A stretch of DNA of 64,000 nucleotides from Polyangiaceae bacterium (GCA_965222375.1 CBDCTZ010000005.1:320001-384000); one strand, 5' to 3'; shown: positions 17,571-27,955, numbered from the stretch's first letter. The notes: generated by a model from the letters alone, not told the origin. A program made the numbers and translations.

Positions 17571-19250
17571 ATGTCGAGGCGATCGAGTCATTCGCATCCC
17601 CCGGTTCAGCGCTTGGGCGCTCGGGGGCTAGTCGCTGCCGGGGTGGTGGCCCTCGCAGCCGCCGCGGCCTGTGTCGGCGATATCGGGGCTCCTGGTGACG
17701 AGGAAGGCGGCGGCAGTGGGCCCGGTGGTCCCGCCGCCCAACAAGCCGCTCTCGAAGCCGCGCGCACCGGGATCCGCCGCCTCACCGCAGTTGAGTACAA
17801 CGCCGCGGTCCAGGACCTGCTCCAAGTCGACATCGCCAGCGAAACCGTGCTTCCCGAAGACCAGCGGGGCCCTTTCGACAACGACTACACCCATCAGCTA
17901 GCCAGCGAAGCCCTGATCAACTCGGCGGACGTGCTGGCCAGCGACGTCGCCGCCAAGGTAATCGCCGACACGAGCCTTCGAAGCAAGATCGTACCTTGCA
18001 CGCCGACGGGCCCCAGTGATGCCGCCTGTTACGGCGAGTTCATCCACAGCTTCGGAAGGCGCGCCTTTCGACGTCCACTAGCGAGCGAGGAAGTCACGCG
18101 CTTCGAGGCGTTCATGCCCCACGCCACGGCGGAGAACGATTTCTGGGTCGCCGTCGAGTCGGCCCTGCTGGCGTTCCTGCAGCACCCCGCGTTCCTGTAC
18201 CGCGCTGAAGTCGGCACGCCGGTCCCTGGCAAAGCGGGGGTGTACCGGCTCACGGATCACGAGTTGGCGACCCGCCTGTCCTTCTTGTTGATCGGCTCGA
18301 CCCCGCCGGACAGCCTGCTGGACGCCGCAGACGCCGGCAAGCTTTCGACTCCGGCGGGCGTCGTTGCGGCTACCAAGGAACTGCTCGAGGACGACCGCGC
18401 AAAACGCCAGGTCGCCCGCTTTCACTCCATGTGGCTCGGCTACGAGAAGCTGCCGCATAGCGCGACTTTGTCCGCCGCCATGCAGCAAGAGACGCAGGCC
18501 CTGCTGAACAAGGTCATCTTCGAGGACAAGAGCCCATGGCTGGACGTACTGACCAGCACGGAAACCTACGTGACCTCGGAGCTTGCCACCCACTACGGGC
18601 TCAGCGCACCCAGCAATAGCAGTGGTGATTGGGTCAGCTACGGAAACGAACCACGCCAGGGGCTGCTGAGTCATGGCAGCTTTCTTTCGGCGGTCGCGAA
18701 GTTCTCCGACACGAGCCCGACCCAGCGTGGCCTGCTGATTCGACATCGGCTGTTGTGTGAGGAAATTGCACCGCCACCGCCGTCTCTGAAAGTCAACGCC
18801 GACGAGCCGCCGGAGGGCTCGGATCCCAACGCCTGCAAATCCGAACGCTACAACATGTGGAAGACGGACGGTTGCTCCTTGTGCCACACCAAGATGGAGC
18901 CCATCGGATTTGGCCTCGAGAACTTCGACACCGCCGGACGCTACCGCACTCACGAGACGGATCGGCCGGATTGTCCGATATCCGGTCAAGGCGAACTCGA
19001 CGGAATCGGAAGCTTCAGCGGGCCGGTGGATCTGTCCAATCGTTTGATTGAAGCCGGTGGCATCGAGAGCTGCGTCGCGGCCTACTACGTGCGCTACGCG
19101 CTAGGGCGCTACGAATTGGATGAGCGGGACGAAACCTTCGTTGCGCGCATGATGCAGGACGTGCCGCGAGGGGAGTTCCGCTTGGAGGAACTGATCCTGC
19201 GGGTCGTCAGCCAAGAAACGTTTCGGCTTCGCCGAGAGGAAACGCCATGA
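17571..19250 (+). CDS. DUF1592/DUF1588/DUF1595/DUF1587-type (planctomycete cytochrome c-like) lipoprotein
   Basis: IRRLT..EY, FGRRAFRRPL, FLYRAE, ELATRLSF, TSPTQRG, haem motif CSLCH, GFGLENFD..GRYR. Confidence 0.9.
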   Translation: MSRRSSHSHPPVQRLGARGLVAAGVVALAAAAACVGDIGAPGDEEGGGSGPGGPAAQQAALEAARTGIRRLTAVEYNAAVQDLLQVDIASETVLPEDQRGPFDNDYTHQLASEALINSADVLASDVAAKVIADTSLRSKIVPCTPTGPSDAACYGEFIHSFGRRAFRRPLASEEVTRFEAFMPHATAENDFWVAVESALLAFLQHPAFLYRAEVGTPVPGKAGVYRLTDHELATRLSFLLIGSTPPDSLLDAADAGKLSTPAGVVAATKELLEDDRAKRQVARFHSMWLGYEKLPHSATLSAAMQQETQALLNKVIFEDKSPWLDVLTSTETYVTSELATHYGLSAPSNSSGDWVSYGNEPRQGLLSHGSFLSAVAKFSDTSPTQRGLLIRHRLLCEEIAPPPPSLKVNADEPPEGSDPNACKSERYNMWKTDGCSLCHTKMEPIGFGLENFDTAGRYRTHETDRPDCPISGQGELDGIGSFSGPVDLSNRLIEAGGIESCVAAYYVRYALGRYELDERDETFVARMMQDVPRGEFRLEELILRVVSQETFRLRREETP

Positions 19251-20722
19251 AGAAAACGTCGCGACGAGCAGTGCTTCGCGGGCTGGGCGGCTTCTGCGTT
19301 GCCTTGCCATTTTTGGAACTCTTTTCTGCGAAGCAGGCCGGAGCCGGTCCCCTGGTTGCACCGCTTCGCTACCTGATCGCCTTCGGCGGAACGTCTCTTG
19401 GCATGGAGAGCCGGGACTTCGTGATTCCGACCTCCGAGGGCCCCTTGCCCGGCAACCTCACTCGAGGCCTGCAACCCCTCGGCGACGCCGGCGTGGATGA
19501 CGTGACGAGCATTGTCTCGGGAATGAAAATCCCCTGGGGCTCGGGCTCGAACATCCCGGATGGCGGTCGAGCGATTCGATTTCATTCGATGACGACCAAC
19601 CCGCTGCTCTCGGGCATGAAGTCCGGATCCGACAGCGACGAAACCCTGCAAGGCCCCACCTCGGATTGGGTTCTATCGGAAACCCTCGCCGGCCCCACCG
19701 CCAGCACGCGGCCCGTACTCAGCTACCGCGTCCAGGCAGCGTACTATCGCGGCTCCAACGGTACCGGCGGCAACCGCGGATTGATGAGTGCGCGCATGAA
19801 CGGCAGCAAGCTCGAGAAGATCACGCCTCAGTTCAGCCCGCAGGTTGCGTATCAAGATCTCTTCAGTGGCTTCATTCCGCCCGATCCTGTCGAGGCGGAG
19901 AAAGCCAAGCGCTTGCTGAATCGACGCAAGAGCGTGATCGACCTGGTGAGGGGCGATACCGAGCGGCTGTCCAAGCGCCTCGGCGCCGCAGATCGCATCC
20001 GCTTGGAACAGCACTTCGACGAGTTACGTGGATTGGAAAACCGCCTGGAAGCCATCCCGCTCCCCGACGGCAGCCAGTGCAAGATCCTTCCGGATCCGGG
20101 CAAGGACCCGAGCATTGGCGGGGCCGTGGACAATGGCGATACCGGCGGCTATGCGAGCAACGGCGCCTGGAGTGATGAAGAGAAGCGCGCTCAGGTCATG
20201 ACAGACCTGATCCACATGGCGTTCACTTGCGATCAGTCTCGCGTCGCATCGTTGATGTTCACGTACTCTCAGTGCTTCTTGAACATGAACCCGGTGTATG
20301 GCTACCCGAGCGATGTGCACGAGCTCGGCCACTACGCGGTGGGCGGCGGGGACAAGGGCGCCAATGCGGTAGCGGACGCGGTAGCCTGGCACGTGAAGCA
20401 TTTCGCCAACTTGGCGAAGCGGCTGCGGGACACCCAGGACGTCGACGGCAGCAGCATCCTCGACAACACGGTGATGGTGCATACCTTCGAGGGCGGCTGG
20501 GGCTACGATCCCGAGCAAGACCGACAAGGCACGACCCATTCCAGCGAGAACATGGCGGTCATCGTGACCGGCAAGGGCGGCGGAGTGAATGCCAGCGGCG
20601 GCAAGCACATCATCGCGAAGGACCAGCACCCCACCAAGGTCATCAACACGGTGATGGGCGCCCTGGGTGGGCCGTCCAAGCTCGGTCAGGTCAGCGGCAC
20701 GATCAACGGACTCGTTGGCTGA
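19247..20722 (+). CDS. DUF1552 (HXXSHH) family Tat-exported protein
   Basis: SRRAVLRGLGG twin-arginine signal, RKSVIDLV, LEQHF..LR.LE, AFTCDQSRVAS, HELGH, SILDNT. Overlaps the DUF1592 gene, its usual partner. Confidence 0.9.
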   Translation: MKKTSRRAVLRGLGGFCVALPFLELFSAKQAGAGPLVAPLRYLIAFGGTSLGMESRDFVIPTSEGPLPGNLTRGLQPLGDAGVDDVTSIVSGMKIPWGSGSNIPDGGRAIRFHSMTTNPLLSGMKSGSDSDETLQGPTSDWVLSETLAGPTASTRPVLSYRVQAAYYRGSNGTGGNRGLMSARMNGSKLEKITPQFSPQVAYQDLFSGFIPPDPVEAEKAKRLLNRRKSVIDLVRGDTERLSKRLGAADRIRLEQHFDELRGLENRLEAIPLPDGSQCKILPDPGKDPSIGGAVDNGDTGGYASNGAWSDEEKRAQVMTDLIHMAFTCDQSRVASLMFTYSQCFLNMNPVYGYPSDVHELGHYAVGGGDKGANAVADAVAWHVKHFANLAKRLRDTQDVDGSSILDNTVMVHTFEGGWGYDPEQDRQGTTHSSENMAVIVTGKGGGVNASGGKHIIAKDQHPTKVINTVMGALGGPSKLGQVSGTINGLVG

Positions 20723-20740
20723 GCCCCACCGCTCAGCCAA
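20715..20740. terminator. Hairpin between convergent genes (probable bidirectional terminator)
   Basis: Perfect 10-bp stem TTGGCTGAGC-cccacc-GCTCAGCCAA overlapping the DUF1552 stop codon. Confidence 0.6.
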
Positions 20741-20747
20741 TGACGCG

Positions 20748-20833
20748 CGCTGGGGCGCGGGCTAGTTGTTGCAGTTCACGTTGACGGGGCCGCTGGGGCG
20801 CGGGCTAGTTGTTGCAGTTCACGTTGACGGGGC
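20748..20833. repeat. Perfect 43-bp tandem duplication covering the 3' end of the neighbouring lipoprotein gene
   Basis: CGCTGGGGCGCGGGCTAGTTGTTGCAGTTCACGTTGACGGGGC at 20748-20790 and at 20791-20833. Confidence 0.95.
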
Positions 20834-21473
20834 CGAAGGTGTCGCTGATGACGGTGCCGAGGTCGTCATCTAGCTTCCAGTCGACCTTCAAGGTCATGGT
20901 GCCGCTGCAGTACTTGCAGGGATCGTCCGTGCCCGATCCGCTGCCCGTCACCGGCTTGTGAGTCACCTTCTTGGTCGCGCTTGCGGCCACCGGACCCGTA
21001 GCAGCGGGCGTCGGGATGTGGGTCCAGGTCATGGTGTTGGCGCCATCGATCAGCGTGAGTTGCACACTCAAGTTGCCGTTGACCGGCGAGCTGTTGGCGG
21101 TGTTGTCGTAGTCCGCATCAAAGCTGCCATCGATGGCGTTGGGGCCCGCTTCGGTCTTACACTCGACGGTGTAGGCCACGTTCGACAGAGCTGCCTTGAA
21201 GGGGTGCGTGGACGCGTCCGCTGCGGCGTCGCCGCCATCGACCGCCGCACTGCCGCCACTTCCAGCGCCACCATCCAAGCCGCCTGAGCCGCTCGCGCCA
21301 GCGAAACCCGAACTGCCCGAGCTGCCACTCGTGCCGCCTGTGGATCCACCAGTCGCGCCCGTTGCGCCGGTGCCGCCGCTGCCCCCGCTGCCGTCATCGA
21401 CCTCGTCGTCGGAGCAGGCGAAAGCTGCAAGACTCAGGGAGAGCAAGCAAATCCATCCAGCGCTTCTTGTCAT
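20805..21473 (-). CDS. Lipoprotein with Gly/Ser linker and a Cys-containing beta-rich domain
   Basis: Lipobox AFAC, GGSGG linker, C-terminal domain with four Cys. Confidence 0.8.
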   Translation of the reverse strand: MTRSAGWICLLSLSLAAFACSDDEVDDGSGGSGGTGATGATGGSTGGTSGSSGSSGFAGASGSGGLDGGAGSGGSAAVDGGDAAADASTHPFKAALSNVAYTVECKTEAGPNAIDGSFDADYDNTANSSPVNGNLSVQLTLIDGANTMTWTHIPTPAATGPVAASATKKVTHKPVTGSGSGTDDPCKYCSGTMTLKVDWKLDDDLGTVISDTFGPVNVNCNN

Positions 21474-21517
21474 GGGTCAACTACACCAGAACTCAAACCC
21501 GCGTGCAAACCCCGCGG

Positions 21518-24500
21518 TCAAGCCTTCGTACTCGAGACGCCGAGCGCTTGTGCCTGGGCTCGCAGTTCTTCACTCCGCGCGCGCTGGCCCAGGCGATCTT
21601 CGAACTCTGCCCAGTGCAGGAAGGTCTGTGCCCGCTGCTTGGACAGCCCCAGGGCGTGAAAGATCGCGACGCTCTGGGCAAAGCACGCTTCGGCGTCGAG
21701 GCTGCGTCCCTCGTACTCGACGTGCGCGGCGTTCGGCGTGGTCGCCGCTGACAGGGCGCGGCCCAACGCGCGGAACGCCTCGCCGCGAAAAGCGCTGTCG
21801 TCGTGCCCGGCCGCCCGCACGGCGGCGACGCCGTGGGGCAATGCTTCTTCTGGCCTACCCTTGCCCACCAGGGCTTCGCACAGATAGGCGAGGCACGGAG
21901 CGATGGAAAAGGGCGCCGCATCGTCGCCAAGCCGCACCGCATGCCTCAGCACGCCCTCGGCGCGAGCGTATTGACCCAGACCATTGTAGGCGGCGCCCAG
22001 ATTGCCCAGCACCGCCAGCTCCTGCGTCGTGTGTCCGATGGCGCGGGCGACCTCGAGCGCTTCTTCCAACGAGCTGGCCGCAGCGCGAAAGTCGCCGCGG
22101 AGCCGAGCCAAGTCTCCGAGGTTGTTCAGTTGGCAAGCGATCCCCCAACGGTCTCCGCTGTCACGGTAGATCCCCAAGGCTTGCTCCATGTAACGGGCAG
22201 CCTCGTCGTAGCGATCCAGCAGATGGTACAGGACGACGCCCACCAAATTGAGGCACAGGGCCTGCTCGCGCCGTGCACCCGCTTCCTCGGCCGTCACCAG
22301 ACCCTCTTGAGCTGCAGCCATCGCCTGGTCAGCGTCCGAAAGCATGACCTGCGCCCAACCGAGATTGTGCCAGGCGTTGGCTAGCTCCACCTCGGCGTGG
22401 CGTTTGGTGGCAGGCTGACGCGCCGTCTCGATGGTGGAGCACGCCACGTCCGCGGCGCGCTCCGCAGCCGAGGCCGCTCGAGCGAATTGCGCCGCCTGGC
22501 TCGAGGCCCAGGAGATCCCGTTCTGCGCTCGGGCCTGAGCGATGGGATCGCCCTCCGCGACCGCCGAAGCATGCGCCGTCTCGTAAGCTTCAACGGCCTC
22601 GGCGAAGCGCGCTTGCTTCATCCAGACGTCACCGAGGCCCTCGTGACAGCGCACACTCAGCCCCCGATCGCCGGGCAGGCGCTGCAGGGCGCTTTCGAAG
22701 AAGCGCGCCGCGAGCTCGGTCGCATCCGCGCGTCGCGCGCGCTCCCCAGCATCTGCAAAATAGGTCGCTGCGGCAGCGGCGTTACCAGCGATGTCGAAGT
22801 GCCGTGCAACTTCCGCCGCGGGCGCCAGGCTCTGCTGCGCAAGATGCTGGGCGAGCTGTTCGTGAAGCGCGCGCCGGGTCTTCAGCAGTGTAAACTCGTA
22901 GGTCGTTTCATGACACAGAGCGTGGACGAACTCGAAGTCCGGTGCTTTGGCGCTGAAGCTCTCGTCCAAGGCGAGCATGTTGGCCTCGCATAGTTCGCTC
23001 ACGACCTGGTCATCTATGCTGCCCGCCAGCGCGTCCAGTTGGCTTCGGGATACCCGCTGCCCGACCACAGCGGCCTGCTCCAGCAGTTGTCGCGCCTCGG
23101 GGCTCAGACGATCGAGGCGTTCCACCAGAAGCGGTGCAATGCGGGGAGGCAGGCTGAGGCTCTCCGGGGGCCGCTCCGAGATGGACAGCCCCAGACCGTC
23201 AACGCGCACGACGCCACGCTCTATCAGAACCCGCAGAAGCTCTTCGCAGAAAAAGGGGTTTCCCCCAGCCCGCTCGACCAAGAAATCCCGAATCCAAGCC
23301 GGCACGTGGCGGGCACGACTGAGCAGCCCCTGTGCCAAGGTGTGGGCGTCGATGCGGGAGAGTGCCGCGAGGTCCATCCGCTGCAACCACCCGGCGGCTT
23401 GGCCCGGACGCTGCCACAGCCCGGGTCGACTTGTAGCAACGAGAAAGACGCGCCCCTCTTGCCTGGACAGGCGAGCCAAAAACTCCAGGGACGCATCGTC
23501 TGCGTAATGCAGATCCTCCACGAACAAGAGCAGCATGCGCTGCTTGGCCAAGGCACCGAACAGCTGCAAGAGCAGCACTTCCGCGCGGCCGCGGATCTGC
23601 ACGGCGTCCCGGCGCAGTCCGGCCAGCTCGGCGCTCTCGGGAAGCAGACCGAGCACGAAGCCGACGTAGCGCAGCGCTTCCTCAACCGGCTCGGCGCCCA
23701 GGTGCTGCTCGAAGACAGGACGCAGCTTCGCCACTGCCTCCTGGGGCTCCCGACTTGTGGCCGACGCGGCCCGAAGCACCAGCTCGCGCAGAAGTCCGAA
23801 CGGCTCCCCCTCAGCGGTGGATACACACACGTGCTCGAGAACCCGCACGGGATCTCCCTGCACCCGCAGCAGGCGCGCCAATTCCGAAGCAAGTCGACTC
23901 TTGCCGATTCCACCGTCGGCGCTGACGCAGACGAATTCAGGCTGCCCGCTTCGAGCACGTTGGTACTGGGCGAGGAGGGCCCCCAACTCCCGCTCACGAC
24001 CGACGAAAGCGCTGGTTACGTCCGTGAGGGTATGGGACGGCAGCCGAATTCCTCGCGTGGACTCACCGAGCGCCACGAAGGTCTTGAGAGCTTGGCTCTT
24101 GCCCTTCACCTCCAGGGGCTGCTGCTCCGCAAGTTCGAAGGCCGACTCCACCTGCGCAGCGGTATCACTGCCAATCAAGACGCTGCCCAGTTCGGCGGCA
24201 TGCTCCAGGCGCGAGGCGACGTTCACGGTGTCGCCGATGACGTTCCACTCGCCCGTCGACGCTACCCGGGACACACTGGCCTGCCCGGTATTGACGCCAA
24301 CTCGCATGCCCAGCTGCACGTCTTCGCGAGCGCGGAAGGCGACGAGTTCACGCTGCAGTCCCAACCCGGCCCGTACCGCGCACTGCGCGTCGTCGGGTCG
24401 GGCACCCGAAAGCCCCCATACCGCCATCACCGCATCGCCTATGTGTTTGTCGATGTGGCCGCGATTGGAAACAATCACCTGATCTAGCGCGGGCCACAGC

Positions 24501-24736
24501 CGCTTGAGCAGGTCTTGAACCTCCTCGGGATCGAGCCGCTCGCTCAGCTTCGTGAATCCCGATACGTCCGCGAACAGCACCGTCACCAGTTGGCGCTTGT
24601 CGCCGCTCAGGGAGCTGAGGGCGGCCAGCTTCTGCCGCAACTCAGCCGTAGCCGTGTCCACCACGGTATTGCCCAAGGCGGTGCGCTGACCTTCGAGCGC
24701 ATCAATGGCTTTCTCGAGCTTGTCCTTCTCGCTCAT
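21518..24736 (-). CDS. Class III nucleotide cyclase - AAA/STAND-like ATPase - TPR protein
   Basis: LFADVSGFT, DKHIGDAVMA, GDTVNVASRLE; Walker A GGIGKS; Walker B VEDLHYAD; GGNPFF; C-terminal TPRs. Confidence 0.9.
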   Translation of the reverse strand: MSEKDKLEKAIDALEGQRTALGNTVVDTATAELRQKLAALSSLSGDKRQLVTVLFADVSGFTKLSERLDPEEVQDLLKRLWPALDQVIVSNRGHIDKHIGDAVMAVWGLSGARPDDAQCAVRAGLGLQRELVAFRAREDVQLGMRVGVNTGQASVSRVASTGEWNVIGDTVNVASRLEHAAELGSVLIGSDTAAQVESAFELAEQQPLEVKGKSQALKTFVALGESTRGIRLPSHTLTDVTSAFVGRERELGALLAQYQRARSGQPEFVCVSADGGIGKSRLASELARLLRVQGDPVRVLEHVCVSTAEGEPFGLLRELVLRAASATSREPQEAVAKLRPVFEQHLGAEPVEEALRYVGFVLGLLPESAELAGLRRDAVQIRGRAEVLLLQLFGALAKQRMLLLFVEDLHYADDASLEFLARLSRQEGRVFLVATSRPGLWQRPGQAAGWLQRMDLAALSRIDAHTLAQGLLSRARHVPAWIRDFLVERAGGNPFFCEELLRVLIERGVVRVDGLGLSISERPPESLSLPPRIAPLLVERLDRLSPEARQLLEQAAVVGQRVSRSQLDALAGSIDDQVVSELCEANMLALDESFSAKAPDFEFVHALCHETTYEFTLLKTRRALHEQLAQHLAQQSLAPAAEVARHFDIAGNAAAAATYFADAGERARRADATELAARFFESALQRLPGDRGLSVRCHEGLGDVWMKQARFAEAVEAYETAHASAVAEGDPIAQARAQNGISWASSQAAQFARAASAAERAADVACSTIETARQPATKRHAEVELANAWHNLGWAQVMLSDADQAMAAAQEGLVTAEEAGARREQALCLNLVGVVLYHLLDRYDEAARYMEQALGIYRDSGDRWGIACQLNNLGDLARLRGDFRAAASSLEEALEVARAIGHTTQELAVLGNLGAAYNGLGQYARAEGVLRHAVRLGDDAAPFSIAPCLAYLCEALVGKGRPEEALPHGVAAVRAAGHDDSAFRGEAFRALGRALSAATTPNAAHVEYEGRSLDAEACFAQSVAIFHALGLSKQRAQTFLHWAEFEDRLGQRARSEELRAQAQALGVSSTKA

Positions 24737-24746
24737 GCTGCGCGGG

Positions 24747-25907
24747 TCAACGCACGACTTGGGTCTTGCAACCGAGCAAGATGTCGACCTTCGCCGTGAA
24801 GTCCTTCTTCACGCTGTCACACAAGCTCGGGCAGAGCAGTATTCGCTTTGGGGCCTTGGGGTCGTCGTAGAACCAGCCAGCACCCTGCTTGCAGTCGCTG
24901 GTTTGAGGAATGACGTTGGATTTTCCCCCAGTCTCCAGCACGACGTTCACACGGTTGAGCTCGATTTCGCCTTTGCTCACCTTTTCGGGGATTTCGTATT
25001 CGCAAGGCAGCGCTTCGCCCCGCACCTTGGCCAAGGCTTGTTCGAACTCCGCTTGCACGTTCGTATTGCTGACCAAGATGGCGCTGGTCGTGCCTCCCGC
25101 TTGAGCGATTTGATTGGCGAAAGACTGATCGACTCCGGGCAAGCCCACCACGTAGGTCAGTACTGATGGATTGAAGTTCACGCCTGTGGTCGCGAGCTTC
25201 GCGATTTCGTTCCAATCCTCGGGGCTGACGCCCGCGCACAAGCCAAGCGGCCCCGCGGGGATTCCGTCCGTCACCAACAGCACCGCCGCCGTGTGACCCG
25301 GATTGTTCTGAATGATCTCGATGCCCTTGAGCAACCCGCCGCCAAGCGCCGGGTATGTCGGCGTGGACAGGCCATTGGGACTTTCGGCCCCCAACGCAGC
25401 GACAATCGGCGCGGCGTTGCCGGGCAGGACCCCGAAAGGCACATCGGGTGCGGCGTAAGCCTTTTGGTCACAGGCTGGAGTCGCGTTCGGCGCCCGAGGG
25501 AAGAACTTCAGACCGACGTAGACACCGGTAGAGTCCTTCGACTGCGCGAACGCCGTCAGCCCCGCCACGGCGGCGGTCCATTGGTTGCCCGCCATGCTGT
25601 TGGACTTGTCCATCATGACGTAGAGATGCAGCGGCGAGTTCTTAGCGCTCTCCGTCACCACCGCGCAGGCCGCATCGGGGTCGAGACCATCCGGCAGACC
25701 GCTATCGATGATCACGCCTCCGCCGGTTCCACCGCTGGCGGAAGCGTCCCCAGCGCTGCCCCCCGCGCCCGACGCTGCACCGGTGCCTGTGGAGCCACCC
25801 ACGCCGGAGCCCGGCGGAGCGCTCGCATCGGAGCCGCATGCGGAAAAAACTGCAGCCGTGAGGCCGCCAAGGACGAGGGCGAAGCCGAAGCGAAGTGTAG
25901 GTGTCAT
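24747..25907 (-). CDS. VWA-domain lipoprotein
   Basis: Lipobox FSAC, Gly linker, MIDAS DKSNSM, TPT, LVTDG, and a C-terminal Cys domain (GWFYDD...ILLCP..C). Confidence 0.85.
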   Translation of the reverse strand: MTPTLRFGFALVLGGLTAAVFSACGSDASAPPGSGVGGSTGTGAASGAGGSAGDASASGGTGGGVIIDSGLPDGLDPDAACAVVTESAKNSPLHLYVMMDKSNSMAGNQWTAAVAGLTAFAQSKDSTGVYVGLKFFPRAPNATPACDQKAYAAPDVPFGVLPGNAAPIVAALGAESPNGLSTPTYPALGGGLLKGIEIIQNNPGHTAAVLLVTDGIPAGPLGLCAGVSPEDWNEIAKLATTGVNFNPSVLTYVVGLPGVDQSFANQIAQAGGTTSAILVSNTNVQAEFEQALAKVRGEALPCEYEIPEKVSKGEIELNRVNVVLETGGKSNVIPQTSDCKQGAGWFYDDPKAPKRILLCPSLCDSVKKDFTAKVDILLGCKTQVVR

Positions 25908-26050
25908 GGCTACATGGGCGGCCCGCGCCGCTGGGGCAGCATAGCAAAGCCGACCGGGTCTGGCCCGCTCCGCACGGCGATGCGGCCGTATCTGCGGGAG
26001 ATGGGAGAACTTCGCTTGTTCCAAGTCACGCTCCGCGGCACACTTTGCCC

Positions 26051-27940
26051 ATGATGGCTCGTGGGTTTCTTGCTTCTTTGATGTGTGTGTCCGTCGCGAT
26101 TCTATCCCTCGGTTGCGCCGGTGGCGGCGAAGCGGATACGGGACCTGGAGTCGGTGGCGGCACCTCCCTTGACGGCGGTGACGGCAGTGCTGGAAACAAC
26201 GGCACTGGCGGTACCGGTGGTGGGATCAGCACCGGCGGGACCGGCGGCGGCGGAATTGGCGGCACCGCAGGCACTGCGGGTAGTGCCGGTAGCGCCGGCT
26301 CGGCAGGCTCCGCGGGTTCGGCGGGATCAGCCGGAGCGGACGCGGGCACCGGCGGCCAAGACGGAGGCACCGGCGGCGCCGACGCGGGCCCCTGCTCGAC
26401 GGGTTGCCCCGCCAACATGTGGGACGTGGACAAGAACCCCCTCACGGGAGTCTGCGGCTGCGAGTACAGCTGCGTGAAGAAGGGCGCGACCGACCCCATC
26501 GATCCCAACTACGAAGATGACAACTGCGACGGCGGCGACGGCATCGTAGAACAGTGTGTGTACGTCTCCAAGGCAACGGGCAATGACACCACCGGCGACG
26601 GCACCCGGCAGAACCCAATGCAAACCATCGCCGCGGCGATCGCCAAGGCGAAGGCCAATACCGTGCCGGCTGTATGCCTGAGTGGGGAGCAGTACAACGA
26701 AGCCGTGACCGTGGAGAGCGGTATCAGCGTGTACGGCGGCTTCGATCACAACGACTCCAACTTCCGTTTCAAGCGCACCGCAAGCGTTTCGACCTTCGTC
26801 ACCGCCCCAGGGACCGTATTTTTTGCGCCTAAGGTCGATGTAGAAACCCACATTGAAGGCTTGACCATCCAGGCCACCCAGGATTCCACCCCGGGCGGGA
26901 GCACCTATGGCGTACGTAGCGCCGGTGGCAATGGCCAGCTTTACATTCGATACAACAAGATCGAAGCCGCCAAGGGCACCAAAGGTGCCGACGGCAGCAA
27001 CGGCACGGTGCTCAGCAACCCGAAAGCTCCCGACGGAAAGAAGGGCGGCGACGGCAAAGACAACGGCAGTTCCGGCGGCATTGGCGCTGCGGCTCCGACA
27101 GGTTGCGGAACCGGCGCGGGCGGCAAGGGCGGCGACGGTGGCTACGACAACAACTCGCCAGGAGGTACTGGCAGCCCCGGCTCAGGCGGCGCCGTGGGTG
27201 GAACCGCAGGCCCGGGCGCGAGCGGTTGCGGAACTGGCGGGGCCGGTGGCCCAGGTGGCTCGGTCACCACGGGCGCTGTGCACGGACAACCCGGTGCGCC
27301 GGGCACCGACGTGGGCGCGATCTCTGCGGGTGTGTACGTGCCCGCCAACGGTGGCGATGGCAAGGCCGGCGTCAAAGGTGAAGGCGGCGGCGGCGGCGGT
27401 GGCGGCGGTGGCGGCCCCGAGTGCAACGGCGTCACATGCATCTTCACGTGTGGTTGTTGCACAGCCGATCGCGGTGGCGGCGGCGGCAGTGGTGGCTGCG
27501 GAGGCGCAGTCGGCAACATCGGCACCGGTGGCGGTGGCGGTGGTGGCAGCTTCGCCATCCTGATCGCCGGCGGTAGCGCCATCGTCACGAACAACCAGCT
27601 GCTGCCCTCCGACGGCGGCGACGGCGGCAAGGGCGGCGGCGGCAGTGCTGGCCAAATCGGCGGCGCAGGCGGTCCTCCCGGCAACGGTCCCGACGACTCG
27701 GGCGCAGGCGGTCCCGGTGGCAGCGGTGGCAATGGCGGCGCAGGCGGCCCGGCCGGCGGCGGCGGTGGCGGCCCGAGCGCTTGCGTCGGACGCAAGTCCG
27801 GCACCGGCGTGACCATGAGCAACAACACCTGCGTCACCGCAACCCCCGGAATCGGCGGCGACGGTGGCACCACCACCGCCAGCGGCATCACCGCAACCAA
27901 GGGTGCCAACGGCAAGACCGGCCTCGAGCTGCTCATCTGA
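26051..27940 (+). CDS. Gly-rich (PGRS-like) surface lipoprotein with a DUF1565-like beta-helix region
   Basis: Lipobox SLGC, (GSA)n linker, DDNCDG, VYVS...[22 protein letters not shown], long GxxGxx and poly-Gly tracts. Confidence 0.8.
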   Translation: MMARGFLASLMCVSVAILSLGCAGGGEADTGPGVGGGTSLDGGDGSAGNNGTGGTGGGISTGGTGGGGIGGTAGTAGSAGSAGSAGSAGSAGSAGADAGTGGQDGGTGGADAGPCSTGCPANMWDVDKNPLTGVCGCEYSCVKKGATDPIDPNYEDDNCDGGDGIVEQCVYVSKATGNDTTGDGTRQNPMQTIAAAIAKAKANTVPAVCLSGEQYNEAVTVESGISVYGGFDHNDSNFRFKRTASVSTFVTAPGTVFFAPKVDVETHIEGLTIQATQDSTPGGSTYGVRSAGGNGQLYIRYNKIEAAKGTKGADGSNGTVLSNPKAPDGKKGGDGKDNGSSGGIGAAAPTGCGTGAGGKGGDGGYDNNSPGGTGSPGSGGAVGGTAGPGASGCGTGGAGGPGGSVTTGAVHGQPGAPGTDVGAISAGVYVPANGGDGKAGVKGEGGGGGGGGGGGPECNGVTCIFTCGCCTADRGGGGGSGGCGGAVGNIGTGGGGGGGSFAILIAGGSAIVTNNQLLPSDGGDGGKGGGGSAGQIGGAGGPPGNGPDDSGAGGPGGSGGNGGAGGPAGGGGGGPSACVGRKSGTGVTMSNNTCVTATPGIGGDGGTTTASGITATKGANGKTGLELLI

Positions 27941-27955
27941 GAAACCCCGACAATC

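Noticed and set aside
20748..20833. 43-bp direct repeat as a CRISPR array
   Set aside because: Only two abutting copies, no spacers, overlaps a coding 3' end, and no cas genes in the window.
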